Assembly (NCBI GenBank): GCA_007376205.1
Contig: VMFU01000007.1
Coordinates: 14,118-78,117 of the forward strand
DNA: 64,000 nt
Direction of reading: 5' to 3'
DNA from: Candidatus Peregrinibacteria bacterium Gr01-1014_25
Lineage (GTDB): Bacteria; Patescibacteriota; Gracilibacteria; Peribacterales; Peribacteraceae
The notes under the pieces were generated by a model. It saw only the letters and a program-made list of their open reading frames with translations, was not told where the DNA came from and did no database searches. The translations under genes were made by a program, and so were the position numbers. Positions 54,027 to 64,000 of this stretch are shown here, piece after piece; positions within the stretch are counted from its first letter, which is position 1; the number at the start of each line of letters is the position of its first letter.

Positions 54027-55352
54027 ATGGATAGCCTCCTGACAAGCCACACGGCGGTCGTCCTCCTCGCGGTCGGGGCTCTCGCAGCCTTCGATCTCTC
54101 GCAGCGCCTGCGCCACCGCAACTTCCACCTGCTCTTCGCGGTGACCTTCGGATCGATCTGCTCCGCGGCGATCATCGCGGTGGGAAAGGCACTCCTGACG
54201 CCGGGTGCGGCGGTGAACGCATACCTGGCGACGCTCGTCGTCCTCCTGCTCGTTCTCGGATGGAAAGCGCTCTTCGGCCCCTGGGAACCGGAGGCCAAGG
54301 CCGCGGTCCTCGGAACGTTCCTGTTTTGGATCGGGCTGATCATCCTGGGCGGACAGAATCCCAAGGAGCGCTACGCGCACCTCATCGCAGGCGCCGTCGC
54401 GTTCGTGCCGGCGTTGATCTGGTGCTCTCTGTTCCTGAAGTATCACACCGAGCGGCGTGCCGCCGTCCTGCTCCTGTTTCTGTCGGGCATGCTTGCGACG
54501 GTGCCGATCCTCTTCTACGACGCGCTCGTCCGCCATCACATCGAATTGTCGCTCTTCCTCGGGCGCATCGTGCCGGAGGGATTCCATCAGACGACCGACG
54601 CGTTCGTCCGCGGCTCGCTCGGCCTGGAGGGGTTGCGTGCCGTGCTCGCCGCGAGCTTCGGGGCGTTCCTCGTGGTCGGCCTGATCGAAGAGTGCAGCAA
54701 GTACTGGGTCGTCCGCCGCAGTGGAGCGCGCCTGTTCTCGAGTATCGACGACGTCCTCCAGCTCTCGATCATCGCGGCGATCGGCTTCTCGTTCGCGGAG
54801 AACATCGTAAACCCCACGTACTTCCAGAGCTTCGTGCAGCAGTACCTCCTCCAGCCCGGCAAGACGGATGCTCTCGGGTTCGTCAGCAACGTGCTCGGCC
54901 GTTCGGTGCTTACCAGCATGGTGCACATCGTTTCGACGGGCGTCATGGGCTACTTCCTGGGACTCGCGATCTTCGCCCATCCCTACCTCCTCGAGCGCCG
55001 CTCCTCGGGCGCGCGTCTGGGCATCTCCGGCGTGCTCGCGCGCGTGCTGCGCGTCAGGGAGGAGCGCATCTTCCGCGGCGAGATGGTCGTGCAAGGCATT
55101 CTCATCGCGGTCATGCTGCACGGGACGTTCAACTTCCTCGTCACCGTCAGCGACTTGCTGCCCTCGCAGCCCCAGACCGTCGGCGATCTGCTCGGCGCGA
55201 CCGCTCCGGCCGTCCTCCAGTCCATTCCGCTCCTGCTCATCCCCGCGCTCCTCTACGTCGTGGGGGGATTCTGGCTGTTGACGTGGCTCTTCCTTCTTAA
55301 GGAGAATGCGAAGGAGCGCGTGCGCGTCGATATCGAGGAAGTCGGGGCATGA
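54027..55352 (+). CDS. PrsW-family intramembrane metalloprotease
   Basis: The motifs are EECSKYW (E-E-x-x-K), FSFAENI (F-x-x-x-E-N), HIVSTGVMGYF and HGTFNF, set within a multi-pass membrane protein. Confidence 0.7.
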   Translation: MDSLLTSHTAVVLLAVGALAAFDLSQRLRHRNFHLLFAVTFGSICSAAIIAVGKALLTPGAAVNAYLATLVVLLLVLGWKALFGPWEPEAKAAVLGTFLFWIGLIILGGQNPKERYAHLIAGAVAFVPALIWCSLFLKYHTERRAAVLLLFLSGMLATVPILFYDALVRHHIELSLFLGRIVPEGFHQTTDAFVRGSLGLEGLRAVLAASFGAFLVVGLIEECSKYWVVRRSGARLFSSIDDVLQLSIIAAIGFSFAENIVNPTYFQSFVQQYLLQPGKTDALGFVSNVLGRSVLTSMVHIVSTGVMGYFLGLAIFAHPYLLERRSSGARLGISGVLARVLRVREERIFRGEMVVQGILIAVMLHGTFNFLVTVSDLLPSQPQTVGDLLGATAPAVLQSIPLLLIPALLYVVGGFWLLTWLFLLKENAKERVRVDIEEVGA

Positions 55353-55360
55353 ATATTGCT

Positions 55361-55379
55361 CTATGGCTGAATAGCCAAA
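55361..55379. promoter_or_regulatory. Motif CTATGGCT-gaat-AGCCAAA upstream of the S41 peptidase gene
   Basis: It has the same CTATGGCT...AGCCAAA flanks as 53981-54001. Confidence 0.3.
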
Positions 55380-55473
55380 GGGTTTGACGATGTGAATTTT
55401 CAAGATTTCTTGGATCGTGAATATATATTTGTTGTTTCCTTTCCATATCTATCTTGCCTACAATGCCGCGGTC

Positions 55474-57108
55474 ATGCGCATTGTTCGTGCCACGATTGGC
55501 TGGTCGCTGACGCTCGCCACGGCGCTGGCGTTCGCGCTGCCCGGTCCATCCGCGTTCGCCGCGACGTACTGGTTCGACCGGCTTCCCCAGAGCGACGCGC
55601 CCATCAGTCGTGGGGATTTCATTCGCGCCGCCATCGATGCTCTCGAGATTCCGACCGATGCCCGCACGTCTTTGCCCTACCGGCGCCCCGTGCCGTCCGC
55701 CATCAAGCCTTTCGTTGCCGCGGCCTATACGCGCGGCGCGCTCAAGCATTTCGGTGATGAACTGTTCCCTGGCCGCCCGATCACGACGGGCGATGCGCTC
55801 CAGATGCTTGTGGCGATCCAGGGTCTGGATGCCAAGGGCAAGTCGCGCACTTTTCCGGATGTCCCGCCGGGCAGCGCACTCGATAACGCCGTGCAGGCGG
55901 CGCTCGAAAAAGGATGGATCGAACCGGGGCGTCCGAACCGCTTCGGCGTCGATCGCGTGATGTCCGGCAAAGCGACGCGCATCCTCCTGCGCAAGGTGCT
56001 CGGCGAGGATGACGATACGGGAGAGAAGATCGTCATCCGCTTCACGAACAACGTCTCGCGCAAGCCGTTGCCGCGCCAGGAACTCCTGCAATCCATCTGG
56101 TACCTGATCAATGAGCAGTACCTCTATAAGGAGAAGATCACGGACGATGCCGTGCTCAAGGCGGCGGAGGCGCTGGTGCAGAGCCTGGAGGATCCGTACA
56201 CCGCCTACGTCCGTCCGGCCAAAACGGAGGTGTACCAGAGCCGCATTCAGGGGCGCGTGACGGGAATCGGGGCGCAGGTCGAGTACACCGACAACGCGCT
56301 GGTCATCGTTGCGCCGTTCCCTAATTCGCCGGCGAAGAAGGCCGGCCTGCAGGCCGGCGACCAGATTCTGTTCGCCGATGGCGTCAGCCTGGCCGGAATG
56401 ACCGTGGAGGGGGCGGTGAGCAAAGTACGCGGTCCAGAGGGCTCGACCGTGGTCCTCACGGTGCGTAGGGGGTCGCAGACGTTCGACGTCTCCGTCGTTC
56501 GCGCCGTGGTGGCGGTTCCGGAAATCGATACCTCGTGGATGCAGGGCATCGCCGTGGTCCATCTGTTCCAGTTCGGCGAGCGAACGGAGCGGGAGCTGCG
56601 GCCGACGCTGCAGGAGATCGCCCGTCAGGAACCCCGCGGCATCGTCCTTGATCTGCGCAACAATCCGGGAGGACTCCTCGATGCCGCCGAAGTCGTGTTG
56701 AGCAATTTCCTGCCCCAGGGATCGGTCGTCGCGCGCATCGTCGGGCGCGATGGTGAGTACGCCGAAGAGACGGACGACCCGCCGGTCATTCCGGAGAAGA
56801 CCCCCGTCGTCGTGCTAGTGAACAAGGGGTCTGCGAGCGCGTCGGAGATCGTCGCAGGCGCGTTGCAGGATGCGGGCCGTGCCGTCCTCGTCGGCGAGAA
56901 AACGTTCGGCAAGGGCACGGTGCAGCAAATCATCGACTTCCACGACGGATCCAGCCTGCGCATGACCGTCGCCGAATGGCTGACGCCAAGCGGCCGCAAG
57001 ATTAATAAAGAGGGCATCGAACCGGACTTCACGGTGCGCGGCGATGAGGAGCGCGACGCGCAGCTCGTGAAAGCGCTGGATCTGATCAGCGCCCGCACGA
57101 TTCGATAG
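55474..57108 (+). CDS. S41 C-terminal processing peptidase with N-terminal SLH-like repeats and a PDZ domain
   Basis: The PDZ region is GIGAQVEY..FPNSPAKKAGLQAGDQILFADG. The catalytic region is VVLVNKGSASASEIVAGALQD..LVGEKTFGKGTVQ. SLH-like segments lie near FPDVPPGSALDNAVQAALEKGWI. Confidence 0.88.
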   Translation: MRIVRATIGWSLTLATALAFALPGPSAFAATYWFDRLPQSDAPISRGDFIRAAIDALEIPTDARTSLPYRRPVPSAIKPFVAAAYTRGALKHFGDELFPGRPITTGDALQMLVAIQGLDAKGKSRTFPDVPPGSALDNAVQAALEKGWIEPGRPNRFGVDRVMSGKATRILLRKVLGEDDDTGEKIVIRFTNNVSRKPLPRQELLQSIWYLINEQYLYKEKITDDAVLKAAEALVQSLEDPYTAYVRPAKTEVYQSRIQGRVTGIGAQVEYTDNALVIVAPFPNSPAKKAGLQAGDQILFADGVSLAGMTVEGAVSKVRGPEGSTVVLTVRRGSQTFDVSVVRAVVAVPEIDTSWMQGIAVVHLFQFGERTERELRPTLQEIARQEPRGIVLDLRNNPGGLLDAAEVVLSNFLPQGSVVARIVGRDGEYAEETDDPPVIPEKTPVVVLVNKGSASASEIVAGALQDAGRAVLVGEKTFGKGTVQQIIDFHDGSSLRMTVAEWLTPSGRKINKEGIEPDFTVRGDEERDAQLVKALDLISARTIR

Positions 57109-57128
57109 TCGTTCCGGCAAAGAAACGT

Positions 57129-57160
57129 CCTCGGTTTCATCGGTCTCACCGGTCTCCTCC
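57129..57160 (-). repeat. The same motif directly after the rpsU stop
   Basis: The minus strand reads GGAGGAGACCGGTGAGACCGATGAAACCGAGG. It is in phase with rpsU after TAA-TGA. Confidence 0.6.
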
Positions 57161-57165
57161 CGTCA

Positions 57166-57381
57166 TTACATGTTCGAGTAGAACTTCTTCTTGCGGTTCG
57201 CCGTGCGGAATTCCTCCCGCTTCAGCGCGCGCAGGCGGCCAAGACGCTTGTTTGGCTTCTTCTTGCGGACGTTGCGCTCGCGCATCATCTTGATGAGGCC
57301 CGATTTCTGGACCTGTTGTTTGAACCGCTGCTGGACGCGGTCGTTGGATTCGTCGGCCTTGCGGATAGCGTAGATAGCCAT
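57166..57381 (-). CDS. rpsU: 30S ribosomal protein S21
   Basis: 71 aa, basic. The sequence reads ..ESNDRVQQRFKQQVQKSGLIKMMRERNVRKKKPNKRLGRLRALKRE. The ATG is at 57381. Confidence 0.9.
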   Translation of the reverse strand: MAIYAIRKADESNDRVQQRFKQQVQKSGLIKMMRERNVRKKKPNKRLGRLRALKREEFRTANRKKKFYSNM

Positions 57382-57444
57382 AGAAAGCCTGGAGAGGGTA
57401 GAGGAGTGGATTGGTGGGCGCAAGGCTTTTCTCGCCGCCTGTGA

Positions 57445-59517
<2,073 letters not shown>

Positions 59518-59556
59518 GAGACCAATGAGACCGAGGAGTCCGAGGAAACCGACCGG
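59518..59556 (+). repeat. The same motif starting at the first nucleotide after the gyrB stop codon
   Basis: gagaccaatgagaccgaggagtccgaggaaaccgaccgg. It is in phase with gyrB and would read ETNETEESEETDR. Confidence 0.6.
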
Positions 59557-59565
59557 AACGTTCTG

Positions 59566-60909
59566 CTAATCTTCATCCACCGCCCCGAATCCGTCCTTCA
59601 GCACGTAGCGGTCCAGGTTCTTCTTGCCGATGAGCTCGACGACCGCTGGGAGCGCCTCGTCGAAGGGCATCTCCTTCTGCTTGCCGGCCTTCATGTCGCG
59701 CAGGATCACCGTGTTCTTCAGCACTTCCATCTTGCCGAGCAGCAGGCAGTACTTCACGTCGAACCGGTCCGCCAGGCGCATCTGGCTCTTCAAGCTGGCC
59801 TCGCCGAGAGCGCCGAGCGTGTGAACGCCCCGGTCCCGCAGCGTCGCGATGAGCCGCAGACACTGCTTCTTCGCCTCGGGGCCGAGCTGTGCGACGAAGA
59901 TGTCCACCTGATCCTTGTTGGGCGCCTGAATGCCCGCCTCCTTCATGTGCCAGACGATGCGTTCCATGCCGCAAGCGAATCCGACACCGGGCGTCGGCTT
60001 GCCGCCGAGGAGCTCGATCAGCGCGTCGTACCGTCCTCCGCCGCCGACGGCGTTCTGTGCGCCTTCCGATCTGTCCCAGTACTCGAAGACCGTCTGCGTG
60101 TAGTAATCGAGACCGCGCACCAGTCCGGCATTCTCGACAAACGGCACGCCGAGCTCCTGGAGATACTCCAGCACCGTTGCGTGATACAGCTTGCTGTCGT
60201 CGCCTACGAACTGCGCGAGCGTCGGAGCGTTCTTCAAAAGAATCCGCGTATCCTCCTCCTTCGAGTCGAGCAGCCGCAGAGGACTGGTCTGGAGCCGCTT
60301 GCGGTCGAGCTCGGGGAGGTGGCGCTCTTTGCCGATGAAGTACTCCTTGAGCGCCTCGGCGAATGCCTTGCGGTTCTCGGCGACGCCGATGTTATTGATC
60401 TGCAGCGTGAGGCGGTCGAGGATCTTCAAGTCCGCGAGGATGTTCGAGAGCACGTGGATCATCTGCGCGTCGAGGCTGGGATCCTTCAGGCCAATGATCT
60501 CGAAGTCGAACTGGTGGAACTGGCGGTAGCGACCCTTCTGCGGACGGTCGTGACGGAAGCACTGGCCGATCGCGTACAGTTCGACCGGCTGCGGGAGCTG
60601 GTCCATCGCGTGCTCAATGTACGAGCGGCAGATGCCCGCCGTGAATTCCGGGCGGAGCGCGAAATCCTGGTCGGCCTTCTCCGCGTGCGGCGAGCCGACG
60701 ACGAAGAGCTCCTTCTCGACGATGTCCGTGTGTGCGCCGATGCCGCGCTCAAAAATGCCGCGGTACTCGAACATCGGTGTGTCGATGCGCTTGTAGCCGG
60801 CCTGGCGTGCGCGGTGACGCACGGCCTTCTTGATGAAGGTCATGTAGACGTGGTCCTCGGGAAGGACGTCGTGCGTGCCTTTGGGAGTACGGAAGAGGGG
60901 ATCGGCCAT
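59566..60909 (-). CDS. hisS: Histidine--tRNA ligase
   Basis: Conserved blocks are PKGTHDVLPED, KRIDTPMFEY, LRPEFTAGICR, CFRHDRPQKGRYRQFHQFDFE and GGGRYD. Confidence 0.95.
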   Translation of the reverse strand: MADPLFRTPKGTHDVLPEDHVYMTFIKKAVRHRARQAGYKRIDTPMFEYRGIFERGIGAHTDIVEKELFVVGSPHAEKADQDFALRPEFTAGICRSYIEHAMDQLPQPVELYAIGQCFRHDRPQKGRYRQFHQFDFEIIGLKDPSLDAQMIHVLSNILADLKILDRLTLQINNIGVAENRKAFAEALKEYFIGKERHLPELDRKRLQTSPLRLLDSKEEDTRILLKNAPTLAQFVGDDSKLYHATVLEYLQELGVPFVENAGLVRGLDYYTQTVFEYWDRSEGAQNAVGGGGRYDALIELLGGKPTPGVGFACGMERIVWHMKEAGIQAPNKDQVDIFVAQLGPEAKKQCLRLIATLRDRGVHTLGALGEASLKSQMRLADRFDVKYCLLLGKMEVLKNTVILRDMKAGKQKEMPFDEALPAVVELIGKKNLDRYVLKDGFGAVDED

Positions 60910-61017
60910 AATGAGGTGTGCGGAAAAGTGTACCAGCCGCGCACCGCATCGGGAAGGGTGAATATCAAGTGTTCAGCGCTGCAATTCGACGACCTAAGCA
61001 AAGCAACACCGTTAGCG

Positions 61018-61031
61018 CCTCGGTTTCTTCG
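61018..61031 (-). repeat. Short copy of the same motif 3' of the 61068 gene
   Basis: The plus strand reads cctcggtttcttcg, so the minus strand reads CGAAGAAACCGAGG. Confidence 0.4.
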
Positions 61032-61067
61032 TGGACGGTTCAATGAGGAGATACGGAGGAGTCAGTA

Positions 61068-61658
61068 TCAGATGCGATTCCGCAAATGCGCATCAATTTG
61101 CTGCTGCAGGCTTATAGCCAGCTGACAAACTTCTGTCGGATAAGACGGAGTGGCAATGGCGATGAGAATGTCTCTCGCAATTGCATAGTTTCCATTTTTC
61201 ATTGCCTCTTGAACTATTGGGATCATCAGCGGCTGTTTCTCTTTCGGCAAGAAGGCACCACAGCCAAATGAAATATAATGCCAGTCACCCGCAGGACACC
61301 TTGTCGCAGCCAGATATGTGCGCAGAAGATGTTCACGATAATCGGGGTCGCAAGCTGCGAGCAACGCGACGAGCTTCTGATCCTTCATTCCGAGCAGTTC
61401 GAGTGAACGTTGAATTTCTTGGAGTGATGTATGTTCTTGCCCATCCTCGCTTGCGGACCCCCTCAACTCCTTAAGAAAATTTTGCAGTCTTGTAATTTCT
61501 CCTTCGAGAAGCCCTTTCACCCTTTCTGTGCAGAGTTCTTCATCGTAGTTTGGCAATCGGCCAACAAACTGACTTTCGTCATCAGTTGCTCGCTCGAGCC
61601 CGATTGCAGCGGAGCTTGTCCCTCTCAAAGTGCGTTGGACTATCTCTTTACTAGCCAT
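61068..61658 (-). CDS. Hypothetical 196-aa protein in a low-G+C segment
   Basis: ORF with ordinary composition. I counted 95 G+C in 200 nt (about 47 %), against over 60 % in the flanks. It lies immediately 3' of tRNA-His. Confidence 0.55.
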   Translation of the reverse strand: MASKEIVQRTLRGTSSAAIGLERATDDESQFVGRLPNYDEELCTERVKGLLEGEITRLQNFLKELRGSASEDGQEHTSLQEIQRSLELLGMKDQKLVALLAACDPDYREHLLRTYLAATRCPAGDWHYISFGCGAFLPKEKQPLMIPIVQEAMKNGNYAIARDILIAIATPSYPTEVCQLAISLQQQIDAHLRNRI

Positions 61659-61711
61659 GGGCGGATTGGGAAAGTTATTTGTAATTTAGAATCTCTGTAG
61701 TATTTGTCAAG

Positions 61712-61789
61712 TGGGGCGAGCGACGGGATTCGAACCCGCGACCTTCTGGACCACAACCAGACGCTCTAACCAGCTGAGCTACGCTCGCC
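61712..61789 (-). tRNA. tRNA-His (anticodon GTG) with genome-encoded G-1 and encoded CCA
   Basis: The reverse complement reads G-GCGAGCG-TA-GCTC-AGCTGGTTA-GAGC-G-TCTGG-TTGTGGT-CCAGA-AGGTC-GCGGG-TTCGAAT-CCCGT-CGCTCGC-C-CCA. It folds as a cloverleaf with a 7-bp acceptor, an extra 5' G opposite discriminator C, a GTG anticodon and a GGTTCGAAT T-loop. Confidence 0.93.
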
Positions 61790-62011
61790 GCGGCCCGAAC
61801 ATGCTACACATTCTGGGGGAGAAAACGAAGAACGGATTTACCATGAGCCTTAGCCGATGATTGACTGCACTAGCACAGTATGTACAATTCACTTTCTCCG
61901 GTATTGCCGGAGCGATCTTTCCGACGTTCCGCCTCCCGCTTGCGAAGCATTCATGCGAATGTTTTGCGAGCGGAAGGCACTGGGCTGACCGCGATTCAAC
62001 CGGAGGCACGC

Positions 62012-62446
62012 ATGGAGAAGAATATCGGCCCGTCCGTCGTCGTGCGGCGAAGCACGCTGACGGTCGGGAAGAACCGACACGAGATCTGGCCGGGCATGAA
62101 GCTCTATGTGTTCGGCATCGATGCCAATGATTCCGACTCTTTCTCGGTTGGAGAAGAAGGGGGTAGGCCGATTGGGTCCATTCCCAAAAACGCAATGCTG
62201 CGGCTGACGTTCAACGCCGATGGCGAAATTTACTTCGTTGACCGCGTGCTCGCAAAAGATCGTTTTCAGATGAAGGGCGTGAGAACCGGAATGACCCGAA
62301 TTGTTACACTTCACAACTTCTTTCCGGAAATCAGCCAGGCGCCTGACCCGATCGAGGAGGTGCAGAAGTGCGCCTACCTGGCTTGGGCCATTGGCACCTA
62401 CTCGCCGATTCCGTCGAATGAAGATTTGGACAAGGCCGCGGCCTAG
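62012..62446 (+). CDS. Hypothetical 144-aa protein
   Basis: The ATG at 62012 is preceded by GGAGG at a 4-nt spacing. Composition is ordinary. I recognise no family. Confidence 0.5.
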   Translation: MEKNIGPSVVVRRSTLTVGKNRHEIWPGMKLYVFGIDANDSDSFSVGEEGGRPIGSIPKNAMLRLTFNADGEIYFVDRVLAKDRFQMKGVRTGMTRIVTLHNFFPEISQAPDPIEEVQKCAYLAWAIGTYSPIPSNEDLDKAAA

Positions 62447-62485
62447 CCCCCGGAACGTCGACTTTCCCTGATGAGCATGCGCTCG

Positions 62486-64000
62486 TCAGGGATTTATTGG
62501 TGCGTCCGGCGCAGGCGGACTCGGCGGAAGGGGAGGAGTTTGCGGCTTTGGGAAGGGCTCCAGGCTCTCTACGCGTACGATGCCGATGGGGCGGTCATCA
62601 CTGGCCGCAGGCGGCTGCGAAGGCGGTTTCTGCTGCTCTGCAGGTTTTTCCGGCGATGGCATCCTTGCAGGTTGAGCTTCTGCTTTTGGCTTCTCCAAGG
62701 GCTCTTCGGTCATCGGAGGCATTCCCGACACGGCATCAGGTTTCGTGGTGGCGGGTGTTTTATCCTGCATCACGGTTGTTTTTGCCGTTGTGGGCTTTGG
62801 CAGAGTCGGGGGCCTTGGCGGGGAGGGAGGCTTGGGCGTGGTTGTCTGCTTCAGAGCAGCGGGCCGGGGCTGCTGTGGCTTTGGTGGACGCGGTCCTTTC
62901 TGCATTCCTCCGCCAGTCGGCCTTTGCCCTGGGACGGATCCACTGCGTTGCTGTGGCTTCTGCATCGGCTGCTGCGGGCGCGGCGGAAGCGGCGGCTTGG
63001 ACTCGGTGCGCGGCGCAACGGGCGTTGCAGCCCGGGGCTGTGCCGTCGCAGCAGCGGGAGCGGCCATCTTTGCAGGAACAGGAGGCGCGACAGCAGGAGG
63101 AATGGGCTGCGGCTGCGCTGGTGACGCCTCAATGATCGCGGGAGGCGGCGGAGGAATTTCTTTCTCCGGTGCCGGAATGAGATTCATGGGTTCCGCCGGC
63201 GCTAGCGTGGGCACAGCTGCGGGTACGCCGGTTTGCTGCGTAGCCTCTTCCATCCCACGCTGCAGCCACGCCGGAACGGGTTCTGCGGGTGGGGCCTCCT
63301 TGGGGGCGGGCGGCGTCCACGGTTTTTCCTCACTGCCTGGCTGCGGAACCGGCGCGAAACTGATCACCGGTGGAGGAGTCGTTGGCGTCTCTGACGCCGC
63401 GGCCTTCGTTTCTACAGGAGCCGCAGGCGCAGCTTCTTTCTCCGGCGTCTTCGCCTGCTCGGCGAGCCCTGCCGCAAGCCATGGAGGCGCAGTCGTGGTA
63501 TCGACTACGAGCTCGGCGGCTGCAGGGACCTTCGGCTCTTCCTTCGCGGGCGGCATCTCCTTCGTCTTTCCAGTATCCGCTGTCGTGGCGGTGTCTGCCG
63601 GAGTGGGAGCACTGACCGATGGTGCAGGAACGATGTTCTCTTCTTCCGGAGTTTTCCCTGCCTTGCGCTTCTCATCGGCGGGTGTTTTCACGATTGCCGC
63701 TTCCATCTTCTCGATCGTCGTTGGCAGCTTGCGCAGGCTCTTCCGAACGAACCGCAGCACCAACAGGATGACCGCCCCGGCGATCATCGAGAGGACGAAG
63801 ACCACGACGAGGACCAACCAGGATATACCACCCCCTTCAGTGCGATCCGCTTGCGGGGCTGCGCTCGATGTCGCTTGCGGGGCTGCGCTGGAGGCGGCGC
63901 CGCCAGTTGTCGTCGCTGCGACGGTGATGCTTTCTTCCGTTCGGGCGATCTCGTTGCCGGAGGCGATGTCGATCAGGCGGACGACCACCGTGTATGTTCC
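62486..64000 (-). CDS. Hypothetical membrane protein with a ~440-aa Pro/Ala/Thr/Lys-rich C-terminal tail; N-terminus lies beyond the window
   Basis: The frame stays open to nt 64000. The TM helix is ISWLVLVVVFVLSMIAGAVILLVL. A very long PxP/PPxP-rich region follows. Confidence 0.6.
   Translation of the reverse strand, partial: GTYTVVVRLIDIASGNEIARTEESITVAATTTGGAASSAAPQATSSAAPQADRTEGGGISWLVLVVVFVLSMIAGAVILLVLRFVRKSLRKLPTTIEKMEAAIVKTPADEKRKAGKTPEEENIVPAPSVSAPTPADTATTADTGKTKEMPPAKEEPKVPAAAELVVDTTTAPPWLAAGLAEQAKTPEKEAAPAAPVETKAAASETPTTPPPVISFAPVPQPGSEEKPWTPPAPKEAPPAEPVPAWLQRGMEEATQQTGVPAAVPTLAPAEPMNLIPAPEKEIPPPPPAIIEASPAQPQPIPPAVAPPVPAKMAAPAAATAQPRAATPVAPRTESKPPLPPRPQQPMQKPQQRSGSVPGQRPTGGGMQKGPRPPKPQQPRPAALKQTTTPKPPSPPRPPTLPKPTTAKTTVMQDKTPATTKPDAVSGMPPMTEEPLEKPKAEAQPARMPSPEKPAEQQKPPSQPPAASDDRPIGIVRVESLEPFPKPQTPPLPPSPPAPDAPINP

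Noticed and set aside
61068-61789. A complete genomic island integrated at tRNA-His.
   Set aside because: It holds a single gene. I found no integrase, recombinase or direct repeat of the tRNA 3' end. I report it only as a compositional anomaly.

Overview
Gene-dense, high-G+C bacterial chromosomal segment. G+C is over 60 % by eye, and the promoters sit in short AT-rich islands. I found no rRNA, CRISPR array, transposase, integrase or phage genes. Recognisable housekeeping islands are: rpoC-rpsL-rpsG-(inserted ORF)-fusA; a TrpR/YerC-like regulator, ribD, an FMN reductase and a class II (B12) ribonucleotide reductase; ychF plus an RNHCP protein; rpsB-tsf; glyQS; rpsU; gyrB; hisS; tRNA-His; and carA with an FNR-like reductase. 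Envelope and surface functions are prominent. They include a membrane-anchored LTD+SNase nuclease, an SLH-sortase fusion, an orphan VirD4/TraD-like ATPase, a phospholipase-D family protein, a 12-repeat cysteine-rich surface protein, a GT2 + 2x GT-C lipid-carrier glycosylation module, a PrsW protease and an SLH-bearing S41 peptidase. The most unusual part is 3.05-22.6 kb. It holds 17 ORFs with no family I can recognise (membrane, secreted, coiled-coil and Pro/Met/Gln-rich low-complexity proteins), apart from one transglutaminase-like Cys-His-Asp core. Only carA and the FNR-like gene interrupt this block, and it ends directly upstream of an rpoC that has no rpoB next to it. Other sequence-level signals are an 18-bp AT-rich palindrome present three times next to the TrpR-like gene, and a 9-nt-periodic GAG-GAA-ACC motif found both in intergenic spacers and in frame inside three CDSs. 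There is also a 390-nt hairpin-rich non-coding spacer and a low-G+C secreted-protein gene inserted between rpsG and fusA. The gene content suggests an uncultivated, possibly reduced or episymbiotic lineage, but that is inference only. All protein family calls come from motif recognition by eye, not from database searches.
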